Shown: positions 8,496 through 17,115 of the stretch, in pieces
Layout: every line of letters begins with the position of its first letter
How positions within the stretch are numbered: position 1 is the first letter of the stretch
From: a virus
Taxonomy: Duplodnaviria; Caudoviricetes
IMG/VR virus record: IMGVR_UViG_3300049138_000099
Coordinates: 1 to 30,866 of that record
Direction: 5' to 3' (one strand)
Length of the DNA stretch: 30,866 bases
Made by a program: the position numbers and the translations under genes
The notes under the pieces: generated by a model
What the model saw: only the letters and a program-made list of their open reading frames with translations
Databases searched by the model: none
What the model was told of the DNA's origin: nothing

Positions 8496-8891
8496 GTGGC
8501 GCTGCAGGATGCGCTGGCCGGGGCGCGCGAGCTCGTCCCGGAGCTCGTCTTCGAGGACCAGGTGCTCATCGAACGGAAGACCGGGACCACCACCGACCCG
8601 GAAACGCTTGAGGTGGTGGACGTCTACGCCACGGTGTACGAAGGCGCCTGCAAGGTCTCGCCGCTCGGCGCCGGCCGCGACGCCGCGTACGGCGAGGGAG
8701 AGGTCGTGCTCCACCGCTACCGGCTGAAACTGCCGTGGGCGGCCGCGGTGCCGGTGCGGCCGGAGGACCGGGCCACGATCACCGAGGCGCCGGACATGTG
8801 GGTCGTCGACCGGGCCATGGAGGTGGTCGACGTCGACTACAAGAGCACGGCGGTGACGCGCCGACTGATCATCGAAGACCGATCCGCGTAG
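8496..8891 (+). CDS. Head-to-tail stopper (DUF6093-like), 131 aa
   Basis: TVYEGACKV, LKLPW, C-terminal TAVTRR; gene order. Confidence 0.8.
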   Translation: MALQDALAGARELVPELVFEDQVLIERKTGTTTDPETLEVVDVYATVYEGACKVSPLGAGRDAAYGEGEVVLHRYRLKLPWAAAVPVRPEDRATITEAPDMWVVDRAMEVVDVDYKSTAVTRRLIIEDRSA

Positions 8892-8894
8892 GGG

Positions 8895-9287
8895 GTGGCA
8901 ACGATGGCGGAGCTGGACGCCAGCGAGCTGCTGGCGATCTCCGAATATATTGAGGACGGCGCGCGGCGGGCGGCCGAGGGCGCCTACCCGCTGGTCAAAG
9001 AGCACGCGCTCAAGCTGCAGGAGCGGTGGCGCGACAATGCCCGCGAAACCTCCGGCCGCCACGGCAAGCACTACCCCAGGAGCATCACGGCCGAGCAGAT
9101 CTACGCCCTCGACGCCGCGGTGTGGGAGGTCGGCCCAGACCGCGCCTACAAGCAAGGCAGCATGGGCGCCGGATTCGAGTACGGCGGCCCGAACCAGCCG
9201 CCGCACCTGGACGGCGCCCGCGCCACCGTGGCCACCGAGCCGGAGTTCAACGCGGCCGTCGACGCCTTCGCCCGGAGCCTGCTGTGA
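8895..9287 (+). CDS. Neck/tail completion protein (HK97 gp10-like), ~130 aa
   Basis: HYPRSIT, EVGPD, GFEYG..NQPPH motifs; gene order; alternative ATG at 8904. Confidence 0.75.
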   Translation: MATMAELDASELLAISEYIEDGARRAAEGAYPLVKEHALKLQERWRDNARETSGRHGKHYPRSITAEQIYALDAAVWEVGPDRAYKQGSMGAGFEYGGPNQPPHLDGARATVATEPEFNAAVDAFARSLL

Positions 9288-9712
9288 GCATCCCGTACGA
9301 CGTCGACGAGGCTGACGCCTACACGATCATCACCGCGGTGCAGGAGATGCTGCAGAGCCTGCTGCCCGACGCGGTGACCGTGCTCGTCGGGGGTGTCCCG
9401 GACGGGACGCCACGGCCGTACGTGGTGCTCTACCCCGACATCGGCGCCGAGAGCTCGGCCGATCGGGCGCTGGATGAGAGCGTGCCGATGGACGTGCGCT
9501 GGCAGGCCACCAGCGTGGGCGACACCGCCGCCCAGGCGCTGCTGCTCGCCGGCAAGGTCGACACCCTGACGCGGCGCAACGTGCCGACTGTCCCCGGCCG
9601 CAGAATCCGGCCGGTACGGCAGGAGGGCTCGCAGCCGATCCGCAAGGACGAGGAGAGCACCGGCCTGGTCTTCGGCACCGCCCAGTACGTGGCGCGCTGC
9701 GACCGCGCCTGA
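9284..9712 (+). CDS. Tail terminator-like protein, 142 aa
   Basis: GTGA overlap; PYVVLYP and WQATSVG motifs; gene order. Confidence 0.75.
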   Translation: MSIPYDVDEADAYTIITAVQEMLQSLLPDAVTVLVGGVPDGTPRPYVVLYPDIGAESSADRALDESVPMDVRWQATSVGDTAAQALLLAGKVDTLTRRNVPTVPGRRIRPVRQEGSQPIRKDEESTGLVFGTAQYVARCDRA

Positions 9713-9786
9713 CCCATTCCCGTTCCGTAGGCCCGGCACCAGGCAGGTGGGCGGGCGTCCTCGCATGCTCCGAAGGAGAGAGCCCT

Positions 9787-10113
9787 ATGGCCACTCGTAC
9801 ACCGGTGGTGCCGACGATCAACGCGACCCCGCTGACGTTCCACGCCGCCGCGGCCGCCGACAAGATCAACGGAGTCACCAGCCCGAAGACAGTGATCGTC
9901 TTCAACGACTCGGACGCGTCGATCACCGCGACGGTCGACCCGCCCGGCGACAACGAGTACGGCGTCGCCAAGCCGGCCAAGGTGATCACCTGCCCGGCCA
10001 ACTCCTACACCGCGTTCAAGGTCCTGCCGCTCTACCGGGACCCCGAGGACACGAACCTGGTGTCCATCGCCTGGTCGGAGACGACGGACGTGTCCTGGGC
10101 GGTGGTCGGCTAA
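9787..10113 (+). CDS. Small beta-rich putative virion protein, 108 aa
   Basis: Strong AAGGAG RBS; beta-strand pattern; lies between tail terminator and tail tube. Confidence 0.7.
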   Translation: MATRTPVVPTINATPLTFHAAAAADKINGVTSPKTVIVFNDSDASITATVDPPGDNEYGVAKPAKVITCPANSYTAFKVLPLYRDPEDTNLVSIAWSETTDVSWAVVG

Positions 10114-10313
10114 TGCCGCCGCGCATGATCAGAGTCCGCCACAGGGAAACCGGCGACGTCCGAATGCTCGGCGAGAGCGCGTTCCCGTACTTCGCCGGTA
10201 CCTACGAGCGGATCGACGAGTCCGCATCCAACCGGCCGGCCGCCGCCGGCAAGCCCGCTCCCGACACCGGCACAACCACCCCGGGGAAGGCCCCGACCAC
10301 CGAGAAGGAGTAG
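10113..10313 (+). CDS. Hypothetical protein, 66 aa
   Basis: TAATG overlap; ends in KE, which supplies the RBS of the next gene. Confidence 0.65.
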   Translation: MPPRMIRVRHRETGDVRMLGESAFPYFAGTYERIDESASNRPAAAGKPAPDTGTTTPGKAPTTEKE

Positions 10314-10316
10314 ATC

Positions 10317-10802
10317 ATGGCTGATGAGGACCTCCTCGGCGATGGAATGTACAAGGTGACGATCCTGCCGTCCGTGTCGTCCATCTCCAACCCGCCCGTA
10401 GCCGAGCTCAACAACGGCGTGGACATCCAGAGCTGTATCATGCGCGATGGTCTGGGCATCGAGCCCAACCAGGACGCCGTCGACAACGGCAGCCTGGCCA
10501 GCGTTTCGGCGACCGAACGGGCCGGATCCCCGTCCTTCAGCATCGAGCTGCTGTGCAAGAAGAAGCTCAACACCATCGACGACGTGGCGTTCAACACGCT
10601 GGTGCCCGGCCAGGATGCGGTGCTGGCGGTGCGGCGCAACCGGCCGCAGGCCGAGGCCTGGGAGGCCGGCGACCCGGCCGAGATCTACCCCGTGCAGTGC
10701 GGCCTGCGCAAGCCGCTGCAGACCGCCCGCAACGAGGTACAGAAGTTCTCCAGCAAGCTGTTCAACCACTCCGACGCCGACATCGACGCGGTGGTGGCGT
10801 AG
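10317..10802 (+). CDS. Major tail (tube) protein, 161 aa
   Basis: PPVAELNNGVDI, LAVRR, GDPAEIYPVQCG motifs of short actinophage tail tubes; upstream of the chaperone. Confidence 0.85.
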   Translation: MADEDLLGDGMYKVTILPSVSSISNPPVAELNNGVDIQSCIMRDGLGIEPNQDAVDNGSLASVSATERAGSPSFSIELLCKKKLNTIDDVAFNTLVPGQDAVLAVRRNRPQAEAWEAGDPAEIYPVQCGLRKPLQTARNEVQKFSSKLFNHSDADIDAVVA

Positions 10803-11341
10803 TGGCCGCTCAGCGATACGTCGAGGACATCGACGACTTCCTCGACGGGCTGAAGCTGCCCGAGACCGAAGTGCCGATCTGCATGCGCGGCGACTTGCAG
10901 GCGCGGTTCGAGGAGCTCGAACGCGACCTGGAGGCCGCCCGCCGGGCACCGGAGCCCGACTCACTCGGCGACGTCAGCGACTCAATACGCATCGCCCAGC
11001 AGGTAGAAGCGCTGCGTGCCGAGATGCAACAGCACGTGCGGTACTTCCTGCTGCGGGCGAAACCGCGCAAGGAGTGGTCCGACCTGGTCAAGGAGCACAA
11101 GCCACGCAAGCAGGACGCGCCCGCGGACTTCAACCGGGAGACCTTCCCGGTGGCGGCGCTGGCGGCGTGCTGCGTCCGGCCCAGCCTGTCGGAGGAGCAG
11201 GCCGGCCGGGTCGTGGACCACGTCACGCAAGGCCAGTGGTCGACATTGTGGACCGCAATCATGGAGCTGAACGGCGGTTCCGGCGACGTCCCTTTCTCCT
11301 ACGCAGCCTCCGCGATTCTGTCCAACACCAAAACGAGCTGA
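10802..11341 (+). CDS. Tail assembly chaperone (gpG-like), 179 aa
   Basis: TAGTG overlap; ends VPFS...; position between tail tube and tape measure. Confidence 0.85.
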   Translation: MAAQRYVEDIDDFLDGLKLPETEVPICMRGDLQARFEELERDLEAARRAPEPDSLGDVSDSIRIAQQVEALRAEMQQHVRYFLLRAKPRKEWSDLVKEHKPRKQDAPADFNRETFPVAALAACCVRPSLSEEQAGRVVDHVTQGQWSTLWTAIMELNGGSGDVPFSYAASAILSNTKTS

Positions 11342-11694
11342 AGATCGCCCGCACCTACCGCATCCCCCGATCGAAGCTGCTAGGGCGTGAACCGCGCACG
11401 GTCACGACCTACGACTACGACGACGAGGACCGCCTGGTGCGGGCGATCACCATCAGCGAACCGGTGTGGACGGACGAAGACCGGGACTGGGCGCTGGCCG
11501 ACCTGCAGGACCAGGCCAGCCGCTGCCCGAACGGGTGCGGGCTGCCCCTGGAGGAGACGACCAGCCCCGACAACGAAGGCGCGTACGTGGCTCTGGAGCC
11601 GGTCAGGTGCCACGCCTGCGCCCCTGTCACCCGCAAGAAGCAGTCGATCGAGGACCCCACCGACTGGATCTTCCAGGTTCGCAAGGCGCGCTGA
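11290..11694 (+). CDS. -1 frameshift extension of the tail assembly chaperone (gpGT-like, ~297 aa in total)
   Basis: In-frame slippery heptamer C CCT TTC at 11290-11296; -1 frame open to 11694 with WTDEDRDWALA, CPNGCG and RCHAC motifs. Confidence 0.8.
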   Translation, partial: PFLLRSLRDSVQHQNELKIARTYRIPRSKLLGREPRTVTTYDYDDEDRLVRAITISEPVWTDEDRDWALADLQDQASRCPNGCGLPLEETTSPDNEGAYVALEPVRCHACAPVTRKKQSIEDPTDWIFQVRKAR

Positions 11695-11697
11695 CGG

Positions 11698-12078
11698 CTA
11701 GTCGGTGCAGGCCCAGATCTCGTCCGCGGTCAGGCCGGGCTGGCTGATGCAGTCGGTGATCTCCTGCTGCGTCTTGTGCTGCCGCGGCTGGTTGGCCGCC
11801 AGCATGTAGAGCGCGCCCGTCAGCGCGATGGCGGCCAGGCCCAGGCCGAGAGCGCCGCCTGCGAGGCCCTTCCCGCCCTGGCTTTTGGCGATCAGCGCGA
11901 TGGCGGCGAGGACGGCCGCGATCAGCCCGATCGGCGGCGCCACCGCGCGCAGGCTGGTCAAGGCGATCACGATCGCGACCACGCCGGCCACCAGCGCGGT
12001 GATCGCCAGCGCTTGGCTCCTGCGAGGGGCGTGTGCCGGAGGCAGACCGGGGTGCTGCGCGGGTCCGTGGTGGGCCAT
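11698..12078 (-). CDS. Membrane protein (three hydrophobic helices, DUF4190-like), ~126 aa
   Basis: AGGAG RBS before ATG 12078; hydrophobic segments; Cys pair in the C-terminal tail; antisense to the tail operon. Confidence 0.75.
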   Translation of the reverse strand: MAHHGPAQHPGLPPAHAPRRSQALAITALVAGVVAIVIALTSLRAVAPPIGLIAAVLAAIALIAKSQGGKGLAGGALGLGLAAIALTGALYMLAANQPRQHKTQQEITDCISQPGLTADEIWACTD

Positions 12079-12214
12079 CTGGGGGCTCCTGAGGTGTCGG
12101 GGGTGCGCGGGTAAGACGCGCACCCGGTGAGCTCGGTTTGCATCGTGACGCGATTACCGATGATCGATCCCGGTATCGCGGGATTTTGAGCCCCTGGACG
12201 GAGGTGCAGCCGTC

Positions 12215-15200
12215 ATGGCGGACCGTACTGTCACCACCCGGCTCAAGCTCGCGGTGACCGATTTCGTCGCCGGCGGCAACACCGCCAAGCGCACCCTGCG
12301 CGACCTCGACCGCAAGTTCTCCGAGTCGGCCGGGTTCGCGCAGGGCTTCCGCAAGCAGCTGGAGGACGCGGCCAAGCGGCTCCCGCCGATCGACATCGAC
12401 GTGAACTCGTCGGCTGCCGACATCAAGATCGCCGAGATTCGCTCACGTCTGGAGAGCCTGTCCAGCAAGACGGTCGGCGTCGACGTCGACGCCGCGGACG
12501 CCTACGCCGAGTTGCAGGCGCTGCAGCGCGAGCTGGAGACGATCGACGGCGACGACGTCTCCTTCGAAGTTCGCGCCGGCGTCGCTCAGGCCATCGCCGA
12601 CCTGCAGGTGATCGATCACGAGCTGAACCAGGTCGACGGCCGCACCGCGCACGCCAGCGTCAACGTCGACGCCGGCGGCTCGCTGGCCACCATCGCCATG
12701 ATCGGCGCCGCGCTGGCCGCCCTGCCGGCGGTGACGACGATCGCGGTCGGGGCGACCGCGCTTGGTGCCGGCTTCACCGCGGCGGGCGTCGGCGTCGCCG
12801 GCTTCGCCGCCGTTGCCGTGCCCAGCCTCGGCCGGATCAATACGGCGCTCGCCGCCCAGGCGTCCGCGGCCGACCAGGCGGGTGCGGCCACCGGCGGCGC
12901 CGGCAAGTCCGCCGCCCAGGCCGCCCAGCAGGCGATGCAGCTGGAGCAGGCCGAGAAGCGTCTCAAGGACGCCCAGGCCGAACGGAGGCAGGCCCAGGAG
13001 GACCTGACTCGCGCCACTGAGGACGGCAGGCGGGCGCTGGAGGATCTCAACTTCTCCCTGGAGCGGTCGATCCTCAGCCAGAAGGATTCCGCGCTGGCCG
13101 TCCGCGAGGCCGAGGCGCGCCTGACGGAGCTTCGGGCCAAGGGCGACGCCAGCGATCTCGAACTCGAGCGGGCGATGTTGAGCGTGGATATGGCGCATCA
13201 GCGGGCCCGCGAGCAGGAGACCAAGACCCAGCGGGCCAAGAAGGACACGGCCGAGGCGAACAAGGCCGGAGTCAAGGGGACCGCCGAATATCAGAAGGGC
13301 CTCGACAAGCTGACAGCGGCCGAGGCGAAAGTCAGCCAGGCCACCGATCAGCTCAAGCAGCTGCAGCTGCAGCAGAACGCGGCCATGTCCGGCGGCGGCG
13401 GCGCGGCCGCGCAGCTGAAGGACGCCCTCGGCGACCTGTCCAAGGAGGAGAAGACCCTCGCCAAGGACGTCAAGGCGTTCTCGGATGAGTACCTGGCCTG
13501 GCAGCGGTCCCTGCAGCCGGAGGTTTTCCCGGCTATCCATCAGGGGCTGGACCTGATGCGGCTCGGCCTGCGCGAGACAACTCCCCTGGCCAAGTCGGGG
13601 GGCGTCGCGCTGCTGCAGCTGGGCAAGGACGCCGAGGCCGCGCTGCGCGGCCCGTTCTGGCAGTCCTTCCTGTACGACCTGAACACGGCCATCCCCGGCG
13701 GCCTGACCAGCCTGGGCCGCATCGGCATCAACACCTTCACCGGGTTCGCCGGCATCATCCGTGAGCTGCTGCCGTACGGGCTGCAGCTGCTCGGCAACGT
13801 CGAGGACCTTTCGGCGGAGTTCGCTGACTGGGGCACCACCCTGGATCAGAACCCGGCCTTCCAGAAGTTCCTCGCCGACGTCAAGGAGAACGCTCCCGAG
13901 GTGTGGGAGCTGATCAAGAACCTCGTCGCGGCGCTGCTCAACATCGGCGAGGCAGTCGCCCCGCTCGGACTCGGCGCCTTCTCCGGGCTCGGCGCGCTCG
14001 CCGAGATCGTCGCCGGGATGGACCCCGGCCGTATCCAGACCATCGCCTTGGCCCTGGGCGCGATCAAGCTCGCCAGCATGGGCCTGAGCGCTGTCAGCGC
14101 CTGGCAGAACCTCGCCGGCGGAGTCACCGCCGTCGGCGGTGCCGCAGGTAAGACCGGCAGCAAGATGGCCGCTCTCGGCAAGGCCACGATCGGCCTCGGC
14201 GTCGCCGTGGTCGGCCTGGAAGCCACTGGCAGCCTCATCGCGCACCTGGAAGGCCAGTCCGCCGGCATCGACAAGCTCACGCTCTCCCTGACCGAGCTGG
14301 GACAGACCGGCAAGTGGGCCGGAGACCTGGAGCGGCAGTGGGCCGGCGCCCTCGGTGACAGCCAAGCCGCCGTCGAGGGGTTCCGTAACGACCTCGCCGC
14401 GCTGGAGGATCCGGGATGGTACGAACGGATCTTCCTTCACCCCTTCACCGAGCTCGGCGCGCTGCTGCCCGGCATCGACAGCAGCGTCGACCGGATCGAG
14501 CAGCGGTTCACCGACCTGGACACCGCCCTGGCCGGGATGGTCACCAACGGCAACGCCGACCAGGCCGCGAAAGCGTTCGAGCAGTTCGCCAAGCAGGCCG
14601 AAGCCCAAGGCATCCCCGTCGACAAGCTGAGGGCCCTGCTGCCGCTGTACGGGCAGGCGGTCCGCGTCGCCGGCAACGCCTCGGCCGAGGCCGCGGCGCA
14701 GATCGACCAGACCAAGGTGCGCATGGACGCCCTGCAGGGGTCGCTCGACACCTTCGCCGGAAAGACCGATGCCCTGCAGGCGATGCAGAACCTGAAAGGC
14801 GCCTACGAGCAGACCGGGCAGGCCATCGAAGCTGCGAGCGGCAAACTGGAGATCAACACTCGGATGACCGACGAGCAGAAGGACGCGGTCATCCGGGCAC
14901 GGACCGCGTTCTCCGACCTCATCACCCAGGTGAAGACCGCAGCGGACGCGCAGGCCTCGATGACCGGCCGCACCAGTGAGGCGCGCGACGCGGTGCTGCA
15001 GCAGCTACCGGAGCTGATGAAGCTGGCCGGGTCGAACAAGGAAGCCAAGGAACAGGTCCTGGCTCTGGCGGGCGCGTACGGCATCTCCGAGGGCGACGCC
15101 CGTAAGGCGGCCAAGGGTGGGCAGGACCTCATCGAGGTCATCGCCAAGATCAAGAGCAAGGACATCCACATCGGCGCCGACGTCAGGCCGGCGCAGGAGG

Positions 15201-15787
15201 CCATCGACAACTTCATTACGCTCAACAGCGGCCGGAAGATCCCGCTGCACGTCTACACGAAGAACAGCCAGCTCGCCGCCGGCGCGATCATGCGGTACGC
15301 GAGCGGCGGCGTCGCCGATCCGATCCGGATGGCCTCCGGCGGCCGCGCGTCCCCGTCCCCGCACATCGCCGAGCAGTCCACCATCCTGTACGGCGAGGGC
15401 CGGGCACCCGAGGCCTTCATCCCGTACGACATGGCCATGCGCAGCCGGGCGGAGGACCTGGTCGCGCGAGTGGCGAGCGACTTCGGCGGCCGGTTCACAC
15501 CCCAAGGGTCGGGCGGCGGCACCTCCCAGTACATGACCGCAAGCCACCTGGGCGGCGGCACCAACACGGCCCGCGTCAGCAGCCCGCAAACGGCTGGGTG
15601 GCGGCCGGCGAGCGCACCTGCCCACACCCCCGCAACGGGCAACGCCGGCGGCGGGCCGGCGCAGCAGTCGCACGGCGGAGTGAACGTGCCGATCACGATG
15701 AACGGCGTGACCGTACGCGAGGACGCCGACATCGACAAGATCGGCTCGAAGATCGGCTTCAAGATCATGGGCTCAGGACTGACGTAG
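12215..15787 (+). CDS. Tape measure protein, 1190 aa
   Basis: Longest ORF, Ala/Gly-rich helical content, follows the chaperone, C-terminal YASGG...GEGRAPEAFIP motif. Confidence 0.95.
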   Translation: MADRTVTTRLKLAVTDFVAGGNTAKRTLRDLDRKFSESAGFAQGFRKQLEDAAKRLPPIDIDVNSSAADIKIAEIRSRLESLSSKTVGVDVDAADAYAELQALQRELETIDGDDVSFEVRAGVAQAIADLQVIDHELNQVDGRTAHASVNVDAGGSLATIAMIGAALAALPAVTTIAVGATALGAGFTAAGVGVAGFAAVAVPSLGRINTALAAQASAADQAGAATGGAGKSAAQAAQQAMQLEQAEKRLKDAQAERRQAQEDLTRATEDGRRALEDLNFSLERSILSQKDSALAVREAEARLTELRAKGDASDLELERAMLSVDMAHQRAREQETKTQRAKKDTAEANKAGVKGTAEYQKGLDKLTAAEAKVSQATDQLKQLQLQQNAAMSGGGGAAAQLKDALGDLSKEEKTLAKDVKAFSDEYLAWQRSLQPEVFPAIHQGLDLMRLGLRETTPLAKSGGVALLQLGKDAEAALRGPFWQSFLYDLNTAIPGGLTSLGRIGINTFTGFAGIIRELLPYGLQLLGNVEDLSAEFADWGTTLDQNPAFQKFLADVKENAPEVWELIKNLVAALLNIGEAVAPLGLGAFSGLGALAEIVAGMDPGRIQTIALALGAIKLASMGLSAVSAWQNLAGGVTAVGGAAGKTGSKMAALGKATIGLGVAVVGLEATGSLIAHLEGQSAGIDKLTLSLTELGQTGKWAGDLERQWAGALGDSQAAVEGFRNDLAALEDPGWYERIFLHPFTELGALLPGIDSSVDRIEQRFTDLDTALAGMVTNGNADQAAKAFEQFAKQAEAQGIPVDKLRALLPLYGQAVRVAGNASAEAAAQIDQTKVRMDALQGSLDTFAGKTDALQAMQNLKGAYEQTGQAIEAASGKLEINTRMTDEQKDAVIRARTAFSDLITQVKTAADAQASMTGRTSEARDAVLQQLPELMKLAGSNKEAKEQVLALAGAYGISEGDARKAAKGGQDLIEVIAKIKSKDIHIGADVRPAQEAIDNFITLNSGRKIPLHVYTKNSQLAAGAIMRYASGGVADPIRMASGGRASPSPHIAEQSTILYGEGRAPEAFIPYDMAMRSRAEDLVARVASDFGGRFTPQGSGGGTSQYMTASHLGGGTNTARVSSPQTAGWRPASAPAHTPATGNAGGGPAQQSHGGVNVPITMNGVTVREDADIDKIGSKIGFKIMGSGLT

Positions 15788-15796
15788 GAGACGCGT

Positions 15797-16057
15797 ATGG
15801 GCATGCAGGGATACAGCGCCATGGACCTGCGGCGGCTCAAGTCGGTACAGGCTCGGCCACGCGGCTTCAGCCACGGGGTCAAGCCGGTCGTGCGGGAGTA
15901 CCGCGATGAGCTGACCGGGCACTGGATCAAGGTCATCACGGATCAGCTCGGCAACAAGGTGCGCATGCGCTGGGAAGGCCAGGACGCGCGGATCACCTTG
16001 CCCCACTTCACTGTCAGCCCCTGGGCGGGCGTCACGATCAGCAAGGAGTACAGGTGA
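15797..16057 (+). CDS. Hypothetical basic protein, 86 aa
   Basis: AGGAG RBS, high-GC3 codons, coupled to the next gene. Confidence 0.7.
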   Translation: MGMQGYSAMDLRRLKSVQARPRGFSHGVKPVVREYRDELTGHWIKVITDQLGNKVRMRWEGQDARITLPHFTVSPWAGVTISKEYR

Positions 16058-16611
16058 TGGCGAAGAGAATCGTCCGCCACGGCGCGCGGCAGCGCCAGGC
16101 GGTCCGCGCCCTGGAGGACGCCTGCGCCCCCCTGGAGGAGGCGCACTACGCGGCCAAGGAGGCGTACTGGGAAGCCGTCGATGGCGGCGACCGGGCCACC
16201 ATCCGGGCCGCGAAGCAGGCCAAGCAGGCGGCCGCCACCCGGCTGGAGGAGGTCCGCACCTGGTTGCGCAGGGAGGCGGAGATCGTCAAGTTGCAGACCA
16301 GGACGATTCCGCGCCTGCAGCAGATCCTGGCCGGGCCGATGCTGGTCAAGGACGGCGAGCGCGATGCCAAGGAGGACGTGAAGGCGCGCGCCGAGGTTGA
16401 GGCCGCGCTGGCTGCCGCCGTGGCCGAGTTGGAGAAGAGCCTCGCGCTCGCGCTGCCGCTCCGCCAGGCGCTGCAGGATCTCGGCGGTGTCGTCGAAGGC
16501 GATCCGGTGCCGCCGGACCTGCCGCCCGGAAGCGCCGACGTGACCCTGCCTGCGATCAACGTCAAGCCGCGGGCGCGCCGCGCCAGCACGACCACCGACG
16601 GGGGGCGCTAA
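16054..16611 (+). CDS. Hypothetical alpha-helical protein, ~185 aa
   Basis: AAGGAG RBS, GTGA overlap, Ala/Glu/Arg coiled-coil pattern. Confidence 0.7.
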   Translation: MMAKRIVRHGARQRQAVRALEDACAPLEEAHYAAKEAYWEAVDGGDRATIRAAKQAKQAAATRLEEVRTWLRREAEIVKLQTRTIPRLQQILAGPMLVKDGERDAKEDVKARAEVEAALAAAVAELEKSLALALPLRQALQDLGGVVEGDPVPPDLPPGSADVTLPAINVKPRARRASTTTDGGR

Positions 16612-16613
16612 CC

Positions 16614-17048
16614 ATGGCTTCTGGCGTGTACCTGCCGAGCTTCGAAGACATTCTCGACGCGACCGGCCTCGCATTGGCTTGGGACGCTGAGGACCACCAG
16701 GCCGCCCTCTACAACAGCACGAGGGCGTCTGCGGCCAACTACAACTCTGACACCGTGTACGGCACCACGAACGAGATCGTGGGCACGGGCTACACCGCGG
16801 GCGGGACGGTGGTCGAGGGGACGGCGTTCACTCGGCCGGGATCCGGCGTGATGAAGTACAGCTCGGACGCCTTCTCATGGGAGGGCAGCACGCTGTCGGG
16901 CGTCGCCCACATCGATGTCTACGCCGCCGCTGTGAGCGGCGATCCGCTCATGTTCGGGGTGACGATCAGCTCCGTGAACACGAGCGACGGGACGTTGTTG
17001 GTCACGCCGCACTCGAACGGCTTGGTCACGTTCGACCTCACCCCGTAA
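16614..17048 (+). CDS. Putative virion structural protein (fibre-associated type), 144 aa
   Basis: AALY, NEIVGTGYTAGG, FSW and C-terminal NGLVTF pattern seen in small phage structural proteins. Confidence 0.65.
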   Translation: MASGVYLPSFEDILDATGLALAWDAEDHQAALYNSTRASAANYNSDTVYGTTNEIVGTGYTAGGTVVEGTAFTRPGSGVMKYSSDAFSWEGSTLSGVAHIDVYAAAVSGDPLMFGVTISSVNTSDGTLLVTPHSNGLVTFDLTP

Positions 17049-17067
17049 CCCCCGCTCGCTGACGACT

Positions 17068-17090
17068 GCCGCCTCCCGTGGGCGGCTTTT
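17068..17090 (+). terminator. Intrinsic terminator-like hairpin
   Basis: GCCGCC...GGCGGC stem followed by TTTT. Confidence 0.5.
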
Positions 17091-17115
17091 CCATGTCCAC
17101 GGAAGGGGGGGCTAC

